Below the pieces are notes generated by a model. The model saw only the letters and a list, made by a program, of their open reading frames with translations. It had not been told where the DNA came from and ran no database searches. Position numbers and translations under genes: made by a program. A stretch of DNA of 64,000 nt from Chrysomallon squamiferum (taxonomy: Eukaryota; Animalia; Mollusca): NCBI GenBank assembly GCA_012295275.1, contig CM022673.1, forward strand, positions 5,704,001 through 5,768,000, read 5' to 3'. Below, piece by piece: positions 38,901-53,636 of this stretch. The first letter of the stretch is position 1. The number at the start of each line of letters is the position of its first letter.

Positions 38901-41155
38901 AACCACGTCCCACCTCATCCTGACTTTGAAATATTCCTGTGAAATTCAAGCTTTTTTTTTTTTTTTTTTTTTTTTTACAGTGTATTGTGTGTGTGCTTTA
39001 CTCAGCAAGAAGCATTTCTTTTATTCACTGAAACCATGGTTAAGTAAAAAGTTAGCAGAATAAATGAAGAAAAATAAATTGGAAAGGTTTGCAGGTATTC
39101 ATGCCACAAGAAGTTTCTTTTTTAGATTAGTGACTTAGGTTGTGCCATAACCCAGGAAATTTGAAATAATGTTTGCTGTATTACTGATGGTGTGTCAGAT
39201 TAGTGACTGCTGGATCAGTGATGGTCAACCTAAATTCAATTGTTCTTATGAAAATAGCAAATATGTGACAAATATTTTCATATTTTTTCACTATTATGTT
39301 TTATTAGGTTTAGAGCCCAGTTGTAAGAGTGCAGATTTGTGTTTGACAGATTGCTGGATCAAATCACTTCAGTGGATTAACCTGACTATTTCCCACACCA
39401 GTTTGGTTTATAAAATGATGTTGTTGGTGCAGTTTTTTTTTTTTTTTTTGCATGTCATTCAATGTGACAAACTGTAAGAAGATACAAAAATGTGTTGAAT
39501 AAAACATTTCTCAATTTCACTTACATATTTGGGGGACTGGTTTAGAAATCACAAATTAAATACCTGCTACTGCATTTCTTCTCTTTACTAATGAAAATAT
39601 ACATTTTGTATAAAAAAAAAAAAAAAAAAAATCAAATATTACATTCCTAATAAACAAATAAACATTTTGGAAATATTAATTACAGTATTTTTAAAAGGAA
39701 GTGTTTTACACTAATTTATTTAATTCTTTGTTTATAATGAAATGAATAATTAAATAATAATAATAATAATAATAATAATAATTACCAAAAGGGAACACAC
39801 TCGCTTCGGTACTGGCAGGACCCCCCAAACCACTGAGGGCACCAGACACCAGCGACGTTATAACTCAATATACAGTGGTTTACTCTTTCTATATATAACC
39901 TCCACTTTCTTAGCAGTCATTACAATGGTTTATAATACGAGCATACTGTCAAAATAATAACTTTAAAATAATTTAATTTGGGATTATTTTTAAACAGATT
40001 CTCAATACTGAAAACAAATAGTCATTTTGCATTTTTTTAATAAAGATATTTATTTGAAAGAGCATTAGATTATAAATATAAAACCTCTAAAGCAATAAGG
40101 TGTGTATGAAGTAAACGTGCTGTTTAAATCTAGGTCAAATCAGCAAAAGATCGCGGGTGCATTTTTGTTACGGATGGTTATCTTGCTAATAACCAACCTT
40201 TCCTGAAAACAAAGTATGATGTTGCATTTGTTTTAAATTTTTAAATTTAGTTATTTTTATTTTATATTTTGTATTTGTTTTACAATGTTTATTATTATTA
40301 TTATTGTTGTTATTATATAAATTTTTGTTGTTGTTATTATTATTTTGTGTGGTGATATTAATTACTTTTCTAACAGAAATACATTTATTAACGCAAATTT
40401 ATCTTTTCTTACCCTGTGTGTTTTGGGTTTTTTTTTCAAAAATATATTGATATTGCATTCTGATTATAAATTATATCTTGATTATAAATTATTCATTATA
40501 CAATAAATATATAGAAATGTGCAGTTACTTCCCTTCGGTAATCATCACAAAGACAATCCTGATAAAGGTTTGCATGTCTGTATTTCTGGGTAAATTATGG
40601 CAAAAAAAAAAAAAAAAAAAAAAAATTACTTTGGACTTTTATATTATTGTCATACTTCATTTTTAGGAAAGGTTGGCCCAAAACATAAAATTTCAACCAA
40701 CAAATGGCGTACAGTATAATTCAGGTTTTATGTTTGCACAGCTACAGATTTATTTTAAAGCAGCCATTTATTTTAACTTGATGCATATTTATTTGAGGAG
40801 TAATGATCTTTTTTTTGTTTTTTTGTAAATTTTATCGTTTCATGTCTGTGTGGGTTTGTGTTTGTGTTAAAGTTTAAAATGCAATATCTATGTTATGTGA
40901 TAAACTTTCTGAAAGCTTACATTTATGTAAAATAGTTTTTTTCCACATAATATATCAAGTAAGCTGAAGAAGAGTATGACATTAAGTTTACTCTGTATCT
41001 TAAATACGTATACATTTTAGTTTAATTCAGTAAAGTTTTTTTTTTTTTTTTTTTTGTGATGGTGAACATCATATTCATATTTGTAACAGAATGAGATTAA
41101 TTTTTCAACAAGGTTTAATTATTTCTATTTATTTGTTGATTTATTATTTTTATTA

Positions 41156-41202
<47 letters not shown>

Positions 41203-43554
41203 TTATTTTTACTATTATTATTTTTTTTTTATTGCTGATATTTAAAATATACATTTAAAAAAAAGTTTTTTTTTAAGTTCTTTTAAATCGGATGTTTTGT
41301 ATTTTTTTTTTGAATATCAGTAAATTGCATGGCTGCATTTTAGTACCAAAATATATTATCATTTTGAACAGACACTTTAATGAACCAGTTTATATTATTA
41401 CTTTTTGCTGTGTCTTTCTCCTTTCTTTTTGTTTTTTTAAATCTTTTTTTGTTTTAATATCCCAAGTTTTGTTGCTCATTTTTACTCTTTTTTGTACCTT
41501 TAGGACTGTTACTTTGATCAGGGTAGATCGTCTTTACATTTGTTTTGGATGCTGTCAAGTTTCTGCTTGTATATATTTTACCTAATGGAATGAACTTTAT
41601 TAGAAAATTTTAATGTTACACTTTTAGATTATAGTTACTGTTAAAGAATGTTTTGAGATTTTCTGTTTGGTTGATATTTCAAACCTGTTTTATTTATTTT
41701 GTTGCAGTTTTAATGTTTAGAAAATAACATTTTAAAATGACTGTGTTTGTGCGTGGGTCAATGTGTATGTGTGTGTGTGTGTGGCCATGCATTTGTGTTG
41801 TGTGTGTGTTTGCATGTGTGTGAGAGAGACAGAAGGGGCATGCATGTATCAGTTCATATAAAAACATGTATATATTGAATTATTTGAAGTTCACATGTTG
41901 GTTCGTTGTTGAAGTATTTCAGATTATTTGGAAAGGTTGTGGATATGTTAGTTAATGTTCAAAACATCAAAAACAAATATATAAATATATATACATACAT
42001 ACTGGTCTCATTTGTATGGATTGGTATATTATAAAATACATTTTATTTCCTTTTAAGTTTCAGAATATTATTATTTTGAAAAAAGAATGTATGATGATTT
42101 AAAATTTTATTTTTGTATTATCAATCATCATATTATTAAATATTAAATGGCATAGGAGAACAATTTTAAGTGAATACATGATGCATTATTGTGCATAATA
42201 TTTTAAAATGTACTTTGTGAATCACATCTGTGGATATCTAACACATTAAAAACCTATATATTATTATTAGATTATAAAATCTAACAGTTTTGTTTTTGTT
42301 TTTTTTTATCCTGTGTTACTTCAAAGGGCTGTGTGAGAGGTAATCTGGAATTTTTTTTGTATTTTTTTCAACCTGTATAGCTTTCAAAACATTGGAAATG
42401 TCACATATCAAGCTTTACATGTTCAAAAATAAAATAAAAAATACAATGCAGTGTTTAAATTTTTAAATTCTTTTACCATATTTTTATATTTTGCTTTTCT
42501 TTTCTTTTATTTTTCTTTATCTATTTTTTTTATGTTTTTTTATTCTCCTGTTATACTAGAGATGAAAATTTAGCATTAATTTTGTTTTCAAAAAAGATAC
42601 ACTGAATAATCAATAAAAGCATAATATTTGAAGAATTCTTTATAAAAGTCTGACAGCAATATGATTATACACGTTTATGTAACTTCAGGACAGTAATGTC
42701 GTGCTTATACTGAAAATTTAAATATGTTAGAATCTTCTTGTAGATCAAACATAAATTCAGTAATTTTGCCAGTAGCTTTTTTCAACCGTCACATCCCAGT
42801 TTGTTGCCAGCATTTTCAGAGCCTGGGGCCAAGAACAGTATGTTTGAACCTTGACTGAGTAGAAGCATCTAAATGATGGTATTGCTACAGCTTGCTATTG
42901 GTACCTTTATTGACAATGAGTGGAATGGTTGGCAAAAATGTATGGTGGATGGGTTTCTTCGTTCTTTTGACATTTCAAAATATGATATTAAAAGAATATC
43001 AAAAAAATATTAAAAAGGAAAAAACGAAGGGCGATTCTGTTCTTTGTGTATGTGTTGTGTTATTTTAAATCTCTGTTATTAGAAAACACAGGACTCTAGT
43101 TAAATAATAAAAATATTCTGAAGAGACTAAATGTTTTTATTACAATAAGGACACTTTAAAATGAAACTTTTGACAGTTTGCTTGAAGGAATTACAATATT
43201 AAACAATAATTTCAACAGACTTAGATAATATTCTGATTTAGTTGAACATTTATTATTAATATTATTATGTAGCTAGTAGTAACCATTACTGTTAAAATGC
43301 ATTGAGGTTTTACTGAAGAAATGCTGATCAATTGGTTAAGTATTTTTATTTTATTTTATATTTCTTTTTTGATTAAATTATAAAGAAATATATGGTATTA
43401 TAACCTGATCACATTAAATTCATTGGTGGGTAGATTAGAAATTTTTCAGTATCTTATGTCAATTTTCTGAGTAAATGCAGTAAACATAAATAAATAAATA
43501 AATATTTGACACATTTTTCTGTGTTCATATGTGATTACATTCAGCAAGAAACAA

Positions 43555-43590
<36 letters not shown>

Positions 43591-44966
43591 AAATTCCCTT
43601 ATTAATAGTAGTAGTAGTAGAAATAATAGGAGTAGTAGTAGTAGGAGTAGTAATAATGGTTGTATTAGTACTATTTATTACTATTATTTTTTATTATTTA
43701 TTTTTAAAGAAATTAATTGAAATCCAGACTTATATTTATTTATTTGCTTATTTACTTATTATTATTATTAACCTACATTCCAGTTTATTTTAGAAATACA
43801 ATAATAAATTGTTTTAACAGTCACTATATTCTATGGTAGTTCACTGCTGTATAATTAAGAAAAAATATTAAAAAGAATTATAATTAAAAATATTTTTGAA
43901 AATGTTTATTTGTTTTGTTATTAAATCTTATGAACAATAATAATTAAAATAATAATTATAAATAAGAAAGAAAGAAGGAAAGAAGGAAGGAAGGAAGGAA
44001 AGAAGGAAAGAAAGAAATGGGTGATGAACATCAGTCATTAAACAGGTGTCACTGAGAAACAGAATGGCAGACAAATAACAGAGTGGTTACGTTTGAATAC
44101 GCTAAATTCAACCACGTCCCACCTCATCCTGACTTTGAAATATTCCTGTGAAATTCAAGCTTTTTTTTTTTTTTTTTTTTACAGTGTATTGTGTGTGTGC
44201 TTTACTCAGCAAGAAGCATTTCTTTTATTCACTGAAACCATGGTTAAGTAAAAAGTTAGCAGAATAAATTGTAAAGGTTTGAAGAAAAATAAATTGGAAA
44301 GGTTTGCAGGTATTCATGCCACAAGAAGTTTCTTTTTTAGATTAGTGACTTAGGTTGTGCCATAACCCAGGAAATTTGAAATAACGTGTGCTGTATTACT
44401 GATGGTGTGTCAGATTAGTGACTGCTGGATCAGTGATGGTCAACCTAAATTCAATTGTTCTTATGAAAATAGCAAATATGTGACAAATATTTTCATATTT
44501 TTTCACTATTATGTTTTATTAGGTTTAGAGCTCAGTTGTAAGAGTGCAGATTTGTGTTTGACCGATTGCTGGATCAAATCACTTCAGTGGATTAACCTGA
44601 CTATTTCCCACACCAGTTTGGTTTATAAAATGATGTTGTTGGTGCAGTCTTTTTTTTTTTTTTTTTTGCATGTCATTCAATGTGACAAACTGTAAGAAGA
44701 TACAAAAATGTGTTGAATAAAACATTTCTCAATTTCACTTACATATTTGGGGGACTGGTTTAGAAATCACAAATTAAATACCTGCTACTGCATTTCTTCT
44801 CTTTACTAATGAAAATATACATTTTGTATAAAAAAAAAAAAAAAATCAAATATTACATTCCTAATAAACAAATAAACATTTTGGAAATATTAATTACAGT
44901 ATTTTTAAAAGGAAGTGTTTTACACTAATTTATTTAATTCTTTGTTTATAATGAAATGAATAATTA

Positions 44967-45002
<36 letters not shown>

Positions 45003-46379
45003 TACCAAAAGGGAACACACTCGCTTCGGTACTGGCAGGACCCCCCAAACCACTGAGGGCACCAGACACCAGCGACGTTATAACTCAATATACAGTGGTT
45101 TACTCTTTCTATATATAACCTCCACTTTCTTAGCAGTCATTACAATGGTTTATAATACGAGCATACTGTCAAAATAATAACTTTAAAATAATTTAAATTG
45201 GGATTATTTTTAAACAGATTCTCAATACTGAAAACAAATAGTCATTTTGCATTTTTTTAATAAAGATATTTATTTGAAAGAGCATTAGATTATAAATATA
45301 AAACCTCTAAAGCAATAAGGTGTGTATGAAGTAAACGTGCTGTTTAAATCTAGGTCAAATCAGCAAAAGATCGCGGGTGCATTTTTGTTACGGATGGTTA
45401 TCTAGCTAATAACCAACCTTTCCTGAAAACAAAGTATGATGTTGCATTTGTTTTAAATTTTTAAATTTAGTTATTTTTATTTTATATTTTGTATTTGTTT
45501 TACAATGTTTATTATTATTATTATTGTTGTTATTATATAAATTTTTGTTGTTGTTATTATTATTTTGTGTGGTGATATTAATTACTTTTCTAACAGAAAT
45601 ACATTTATTAACGCAAATTTATCTTTTCTTACCCTGTGTGTTTTGGGGTTTTTTTTTCAAAAATATATTGATATTGCATTCTGATTATAAATTATATCTT
45701 GATTATAAATTATTCATTATACAATAAACATATAGAAATGTGCAGTTACTTCCCTTCGGTAATCATCACAAAGACAATCCTGATAAAGGTTTGCATGTCT
45801 GTATTTCTGTATTTCTGGGTAAATTATGGCAAAAAAAAAAAAAAAAAAATTACTTTGGACTTTTATATTATTGTCATACTTCATTTTTAGGAAAGGTTGG
45901 CCCACATACATAAAATTTCAACCAACAAATGGTGTACAGTATAATTCAGGTTTTATGTTTGCACAGCTACAGATTTATTTTAAAGCAGCCATTTATTTTA
46001 ACTTGATGCATATTTATTTGAGGAGTAATGATCTTTTTTTTGTTTTTTTGTAAATTTTATCGTTTCATGTCTGTGTGGGTTTGTGTTTGTGTTAAAGTTT
46101 AAAATGCAATATCTATGTTATGTGATAAACTTTCTGAAAGCTTACATTTATGTAAAATAGTTTTTTTCCACATAATATATCAAGTAAGCTGAAGAAGAGT
46201 ATGACATTAAGTTTACTCTGTATCTTAAATACGTATACATTTTAGTTTAATTCAGTAAAGTTTTTTTTTTTTTTTTTTTGTGATGGTGAACATCATATTC
46301 ATATTTGTAACAGAATGAGATTAATTTTTCAACAAGGTTTAATTATTTCTATTTATTTGTTGATTTATTATTTTTATTA

Positions 46380-46435
<56 letters not shown>

Positions 46436-48795
46436 TTATATTTTATTTTTACTATTATTATTTTTTTTTTTATTGCTGATATTTAAAATATACATTTAAA
46501 AAAAAGGTTTTTTTTAAGTTCTTTTAAATCGGATGTTTTGTATTTTTTTTTTGAATATCAGTAAATTGCATGGCTGCATTTTAGTACCAAAATATATTAT
46601 CATTTTGAACAGACACTTTAATGAACCAGTTTATATTATTACTTTTTGCTGTGTCTTTCTCCTTTCTTTTTGTTTTTTTAAATCTTTTTTTGTTTTAATA
46701 TCCCAAGTTTTGTTGCTCATTTTTACTCTTTTGTACCTTTAGGACTGTTACTTTGATCAGGGTAGATCGTCTTTACATTTGTTTTGGATGCTGTCAAGTT
46801 TCTGCTTGTATATATTTTACCTAATGGAATGAACTTTATTAGAAAATTTTAATGTTACACTTTTAGATTATAGTTACTGTTAAAGAATGTTTTGAGATTT
46901 TCTGTTTGGTTGATATTTCAAACCTGTTTTATTTATTTTGTTGCAGTTTTAATGTTTAGAAAATAACATTTTAAAATGACTGTGTTTGTGCGTGGGTCAA
47001 TGTGTATGTGTGTGTGTGTGGCCATGCATTTGTGTTGTGTGTGTGTTTGCATGTGTGTGAGAGAGACAGAAGGGGCATGCATGTATCAGTTCATATAAAA
47101 ACATGTATATATTGAATTATTTGAAGTTCACATGTTGGTTCGTTGTTGAAGTATTTCAGATTATTTGGAAAGGTTGTGGATATGTTAGTTAATGTTCAAA
47201 ACATCAAAAACAAATATATAAATACATATACATACATACTGGTCTCATTTGTATGGATTGGTATATTATAAAATACATTTTATTTCCTTTTAAGTTTCAG
47301 AATATTATTATTTTGAAAAAAGAATGTATGATGATTTAAAATTTTATTTTTGTATTATCAATCATCATATTATTAAATATTAAATGGCATAGGAGAACAA
47401 TTTTAAGTGAATACATGATGCATTATTGTGCATAATATTTTAAAATGTACTTTGTGAATCACATCTGTGGATATCTAACACATTAAAAACCTATATATTA
47501 TTATTAGATTATAAAATCTAACAGTTTTTTTTTTTTTTTTTTTTATCCTGTGTTACTTCAAAGGGCTGTGTGAGAGGTAATCTGGAATTTTTTTTGTATT
47601 TTTTTCAACCTGTATAGCTTTCAAAACATTGGAAATGTCACATATCAAGCTTTACATGTTCAAAAAAATAAAATAAAAAATACAATGCAGTGTTTAAATT
47701 TTTAAATTATTTTACCATATTTTTATATTTTGCTTTTCTTTTCTTTTATTTTTTTCTTTATTTATTTTTTTTATGTTTTTTTATTCTCCTGTTATACTAG
47801 AGATGAAAATTTAGCATTAATTTTGTTTTCAAAAAAGATACACTGAATAATCAATAAAAGCATAATATTTGAAGAATTCTTTATAAAAGTCTGACAGCAA
47901 TATGATTATACACGTTTATGTAACTTCAGGACAGTAATGTCGTGCTTATACTGAAAATTTAAATATGTTAGAATCTTCTTGTAGATCAAACATAAATTCA
48001 GTAATTTTGCCAGTAGCTTTTTTCAACCGTCACATCCCAGTTTGTTGCCAGCATTTTCAGAGCCTGGGGCCAAGAACAGTATGTTTGAACCTTGACTGAG
48101 TAGAAGCATCTAAATGATGGTATTGCTACAGCTTGCTATTGGTACCTTTATTGACAATGAGTGGAAAGGTTGGCAAAAATGTATGGTGGATGGGTTTCTT
48201 CGTTCTTTTGACATTTCAAAATATGATATTAAAAGAATATCAAAAAAATATTAAAAAGGAAAAAACGAAGGGCGATTCTGTTCTTTGTGTATGTGTTGTG
48301 TTATTTTAAATCTCTGTTATTAGAAAACACAGGACTCTAGTTAAATAATAAAAATATTCTGAAGAGACTAAATGTTTTTATTACAATAAGGACACTTTAA
48401 AATGAAACTTTTGACAGTTTGCTTGAAGGAATTACAATATTAAACAATAATTTCAACAGACTTAGATAATATTCTGATTTAGTTGAACATTTATTATTAA
48501 TATTATTATGTAGCTAGTAGTAACCATTACTGTTAAAATGCATTGAGGTTTTACTGAAGAAATGCTGATCAATTGGTTAAGTATTTTTATTTTATTTTAT
48601 ATTTCTTTTTTGATTAAATTATAAAGAAATATATGGTATTATAACCTGATCACATTAAATTCATTGGTGGGTAGATTAGAAATTTTTCAGTATCTTATGT
48701 CAATTTTCTGAGTAAATGCAGTAAACATAAATAAATAAATAAATATTTGACACATTTTTCTGTGTTCATATGTGATTACATTCAGCAAGAAACAA

Positions 48796-48837
<42 letters not shown>

Positions 48838-50689
48838 ATTCCCTTATTAATAGTAGTAGTAGAAATAATAGGAGTAGTAGTAGTAGGAGTAGTAATAATG
48901 GTTGTATTAGTACTATTTATTACTATTATTTTTTATTATTTATTTTTAAAGAAATTAATTGAAATCCAGACTTATATTTATTTATTTGCTTATTTACTTA
49001 TTATTATTATTAACCTACATTCCAGTTTATTTTAGAAATACAATAATAAATTGTTTTAACAGTCACTATATTCTATGGTAGTTCACTGCTGTATAATTAA
49101 GAAAAAATATTAAAAAGAATTATAATTAAAAATATTTTTGAAAATGTTTATTTGTTTTGTTATTAAATCTTATGAACAATAATAATTAAAATAAGAATTA
49201 TAAATAAGAAAGAAAGAAAGAAAGAGAAAGAAAGAAAGAGAAAGAAAGAAAGAAGGAAGGAAGGAAGGAAGGAAGGAAAGAAAGAAATGGGTGATGAACA
49301 TCAGTCATCAGGTGTCACTGAGAAACAGAATGGCAGACAAATAACAGAGTGGTTACGTTTGAATACACTAAATTCAACCACGTCCCACCTCATCCTGACT
49401 TTGAAATATTCCTGTGAAGTTCAAACTTTTTTTTTTTTTTTTTTTTTTTTTACAGTGTATTGTGTGTGTGCTTTACTCAGCAAGAAGCATTTCTTTTATT
49501 CACTGAAACCCGGGTTAACTAAAAGGTTAGCAGATTAAATGGAGAAAAATAAATTGGAAAGGTTTGCAGATTAAATGGAGAAAAATAAATTGGAAAGGTT
49601 TGCAGGTATTCATGCCACAAGAAGTTTCTTTTTTAGATTAGTGACTTAGGTTGTGCCATAACCCAGGACATTTGAAATAATGTGTGCTGTATTACTGATG
49701 GTGTGTCAGATTAGTGACTGCTGGATCAGTGATGGTCAACCTAAATTCAATTGTTCTTATGAAAATAGCAAATATGTGACAAATATTTTCATATTTTTTC
49801 ACTATTATGTTTTATTAGGTTTAGAGCCCAGTTGTAAGAGTGCAGATTTGTGTTTGACAGATTGCTGGATCAAATCACTTCAGTGGATTAACCTGACTAT
49901 TTCCCACACCAGTTTGGTTTATAAAGTGATGTTGTTGGTGCAGTTTTTTTTTTTTTTTTGCATGTCATTCAATGTGACAAACTGTAAGAAGATACAAAAA
50001 TGTGTTGAATAAAACATTTCTCAATTTCACTTACATATTTGGGGGACTGGTTTAGAAATCACAAATTAAATACCTGCTACTGCATTTCTTCTCTTTACTA
50101 ATGAAAATATACATTTTTTAAATAAAAAAAAAAAAAAAAAATCAAATATTACATTCCTAATAAACAAATAAACATTTTGGAAATATTAATTACAGTATTT
50201 TTAAAAGGAAGTGTTTTACACTAATTTATTTAATTCTTTGTTTATAATGAAATGAATAATTAAATAATAATAATAATAATAATTACCAAAAGGGAACACA
50301 CTTGCTTCGGTACTGGCAGGACCCCCCAAACCACTGAGGGCACCAGACACCAGCGACGTTATAACTCAATATACAGTGGTTTACTCTTTCTATATATAAC
50401 CTCCACTTTCTTAGCAGTCATTACAATGGTTTATAATACGAGCATACTGTCAAAATAATAACTTTAAAATAATTTAAATTGGGATTATTTTTAAACAGAT
50501 TCTCAATACTGAAAACAAATAGTCATTTTGCATTTTTTTAATAAAGATATTTATTTGAAAGAGCATTAGATTATAAATATAAAACCTCTAAAGCAATAAG
50601 GTGTGTATGAAGTAAACGTGCTGTTTAAATCTAGGTCAAATCAGCAAAAGATCGCGGGTGCATTTTTGTTACGGATGGTTATCTTGCTA
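34942..50689. repeat. Three tandem copies of a ~5.2-kb non-coding unit (34942-40185, 40186-45405, 45406-50686)
   Basis: CTAATAACCAACCTTTCCTGAAAACAAAG begins each copy and GATCGCGGGTGCATTTTTGTTACGGATGGTTATC ends each; the same spurious short ORFs recur three times in the track. Confidence 0.97.
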
Positions 50690-50933
50690 CTAGTGCAAAT
50701 ATAATAGGTCTAAGATCGTATCAGTGTCGTGCAGAGGTCTCGTGATTCCCCGGGACAACTCCTTGATTTGTGTGCCCCAAAGATTCAAGGATAAGGCCAA
50801 GTACTGAGAAATATTATGTGAAAGGAAGACATTTTGAATATGTAAACACAGATGAAACATTAAATAAACACCTTATTCGATTTAAATAGAAATCAAAGAA
50901 AATTTTATCTAAATGTTAGTTTCTTTACATTTA

Positions 50934-50964
<31 letters not shown>

Positions 50965-51285
50965 TAATTAATAACCGTTCACCTATTCTGAAATGTTAAT
51001 TTCAATCATATATTCATCATTCATGCCTTTGCAGGTTAAGTACAGAAATCCATATCACATACATTTTATGAGTACTATATTTAACTAGGTCAAACTGTTG
51101 TTTGCCTAAACCTGCGCTGTAGAAATTGATTTAGAAATGTGAGTAAGCGCAGTTTTTTGTGTTTTTTTCTTCACAGGATTAATGTCGTCTGCTGCAGAAA
51201 TAATAAACTAAAAGTTATTTACAGTATGCATATGAATGAACAACAAGTAAATAATATGCCTGGTTTACCTTATTACATGTATGTC

Positions 51286-51328
<43 letters not shown>

Positions 51329-51527
51329 GTGTATAAACACAAATCAACGTTCAAATAATAAATAAAATCAAACAAAACGTTTGGTGTGTGTGTGTGTGTG
51401 TGTGTGTGATATAGTTATATATGTGACTGTATATGTGTGTGTTGTTGTTATATATACTGGTGTTGTTATAACAATGTAAAGTGTTAGTTGTGTTCTTTCA
51501 TAATATTAATAAATCGATATCACTATA

Positions 51528-51720
51528 GCATTGGTTAGTTCAGTTGTTAGCGCGTTCTTATATCTGTTTGTATAGGTTCTGACTCCCTGAACCCTACACC
51601 AAAGCTCTTCAAACTTGGGGCTTACGGGCAAAATTCAGTAATGGCGGATACAGAAAGTATAATCAGTTTTTGTACACATGACCACTTAAAGAATGGTAAT
51701 CACACTCGCCCGACTAGTTT
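51528..51720 (+). mobile_element. Decayed tRNA-derived SINE
   Basis: A-box-like GGTTAGTTCAGTTGTTAGCGCG (51533-51554) and B-box-like GGTTCTGACTCCC (51575-51587) at tRNA spacing but no closing cloverleaf, followed by body sequence CTACACCAAAGCTCTTCAAA. Confidence 0.5.
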
Positions 51721-52072
51721 ATTTTCAAAAACGATAATTCTGCATTTTATCGAATTAAATCTATGCGCATATTTCGATCACATATTAAATGATCATAGAG
51801 AAAATGCACTGCCATGATATTTGGAAAAGATGTACGAAACAAGAACAAGAGCAAAAACAAGACTCACAACAACACAACAAACAAAAACAAGATACAAAAG
51901 AAGGCGCTATGAGTGAAGTTTTACAACTCTGTTTAACTCAAAAACAAGTTACGAACGATCCTCTACCGATAACACATATATGACATTTTTTCTCGACTCG
52001 GCAACACAATACGGCTTTCTTCCACACTGGAAATTAAACACAAACAAACTCAGTCAAGTCTGTTTGAAAGAA

Positions 52073-52108
<36 letters not shown>

Positions 52109-53601
52109 AATAAATGAAGAAGATGAAAAAAAGCACGTATACTAATCTTAACAATTTAAGGGTCAGACGATGTTTTCAGCAGTATTTTCTGAACTGTGGC
52201 GTAGTGTACATGTAAACGTGATTCACAACATCGCGCTCCGATTAGTACGTTATTTTTTTTTTCCACTCACCTTGGGTACACATTCCACATTTGGGGCCGA
52301 TGCGAAGTTAACTAACTATTGAAGACTGGGAAAGGGCTATTGCTTGTCATCAGGATGGCGGCAAACAAAAAAAAAAAAAAAAAAAAGGGAGAAGAAAAAA
52401 AGTGTTTTTCTGAGACCTGTTATTCTTTTCTTTAGTACATATACAGTCCACTGAATTATATACCAGTATTTATATATATCTTCCAGTAGCAAATATCAGG
52501 ATTCTGTAATGTGTTATACAAGTTAGAGAAATTATTTGTATAAAATGTTAACAGGAATATTAATACCGATTTAGATCCGGCTCTTTTGGTTGTTAAAATA
52601 TATTTATTGAAAGGTGTATTTCTAGTGTACTTAATGATTTAATGTTTTCACCTTATTCTGAACATTTCACGATAATGATTTTGATCAAGCAAGTTTAAGA
52701 ATATTTTCTAAGGAAACAATATTAGATAGGACACTATGTTGATATGTTACCGATCGTAAAAGAGGGTATGTCATTTGAAGTAGTCGAACTACTTATCTTT
52801 ACAATCTCATTTACAATAAAGAGCAAATAAAAGTGTGGTTGACTCATCATGTAGGATACAAGTATAAACCTGTCCCATGTTTTACCTTTACTGTCAGACA
52901 TTTACTTAAAGCAATAAATTACTGATTATTGTGAAAATTATAAATAAATAAATAAATAAATAAATAAATTTAAAAAACATAATAAATAAATCAAAAATCA
53001 AAATCTATTCAAAATCCAGCTCAAGGAGTATATACATGTACGAATTTGTTAGTGAATTAACCAGCTGTTTGCACAGTCTTCCAAACACGATAATCGAAGT
53101 TCTAGATAACGTTTTACTAGGTCAGACTAACGTGCACACATAACGTTTGTCTGTATAATAATCGACTATCTAAAGAAATAAGTAGGGCGACTTGTATGCT
53201 TTAAGAACACACGATACAATGTAGAAACCTTTTAATCAATGTAAAAAAAACACAAAAAACTTTCAGTTGTAGTGTTAAATTTATATACGCGCAATGAACA
53301 CGAGAGGAAACCCTCTACAACACATCTACGAGGTCTAATGTACCTCCCCATATACAGCCCAGCTAGAAAATAGTTTTATAACAGTTCTATATTCAGAAAA
53401 TAAAATCACCTGATTACGAAGTAATCTATCTTTCAGTGAACTACAGGAAGTTCAAGAAAGAAAAAACAAAAACAGAGAAAAACAGAACTTCTTTATTATA
53501 TGTTTATTCATAAACAACGAACAAGTAAAAAATTTTTTTTTTTTTTTTAAATATATACCATTTCAAAGTTTAACCGTAACAACAATGGTAAAGCAATATG
53601 G

Positions 53602-53636
<35 letters not shown>

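Noticed and set aside
35234-50012. Recurrent short ORFs in the 5.2-kb units
   Set aside because: Low-complexity F/L/I-rich translations whose frames change between copies with homopolymer length; no recognisable motifs or consistent exon chain.
50722-50780. hAT-like terminus CAGTGTCGTGCAGAGG next to the end of the triplication
   Set aside because: No convincing matching inverted end or 8-bp target duplication found.
51528-51600. Functional tRNA gene
   Set aside because: A and B boxes are degenerate and acceptor and anticodon stems do not pair.
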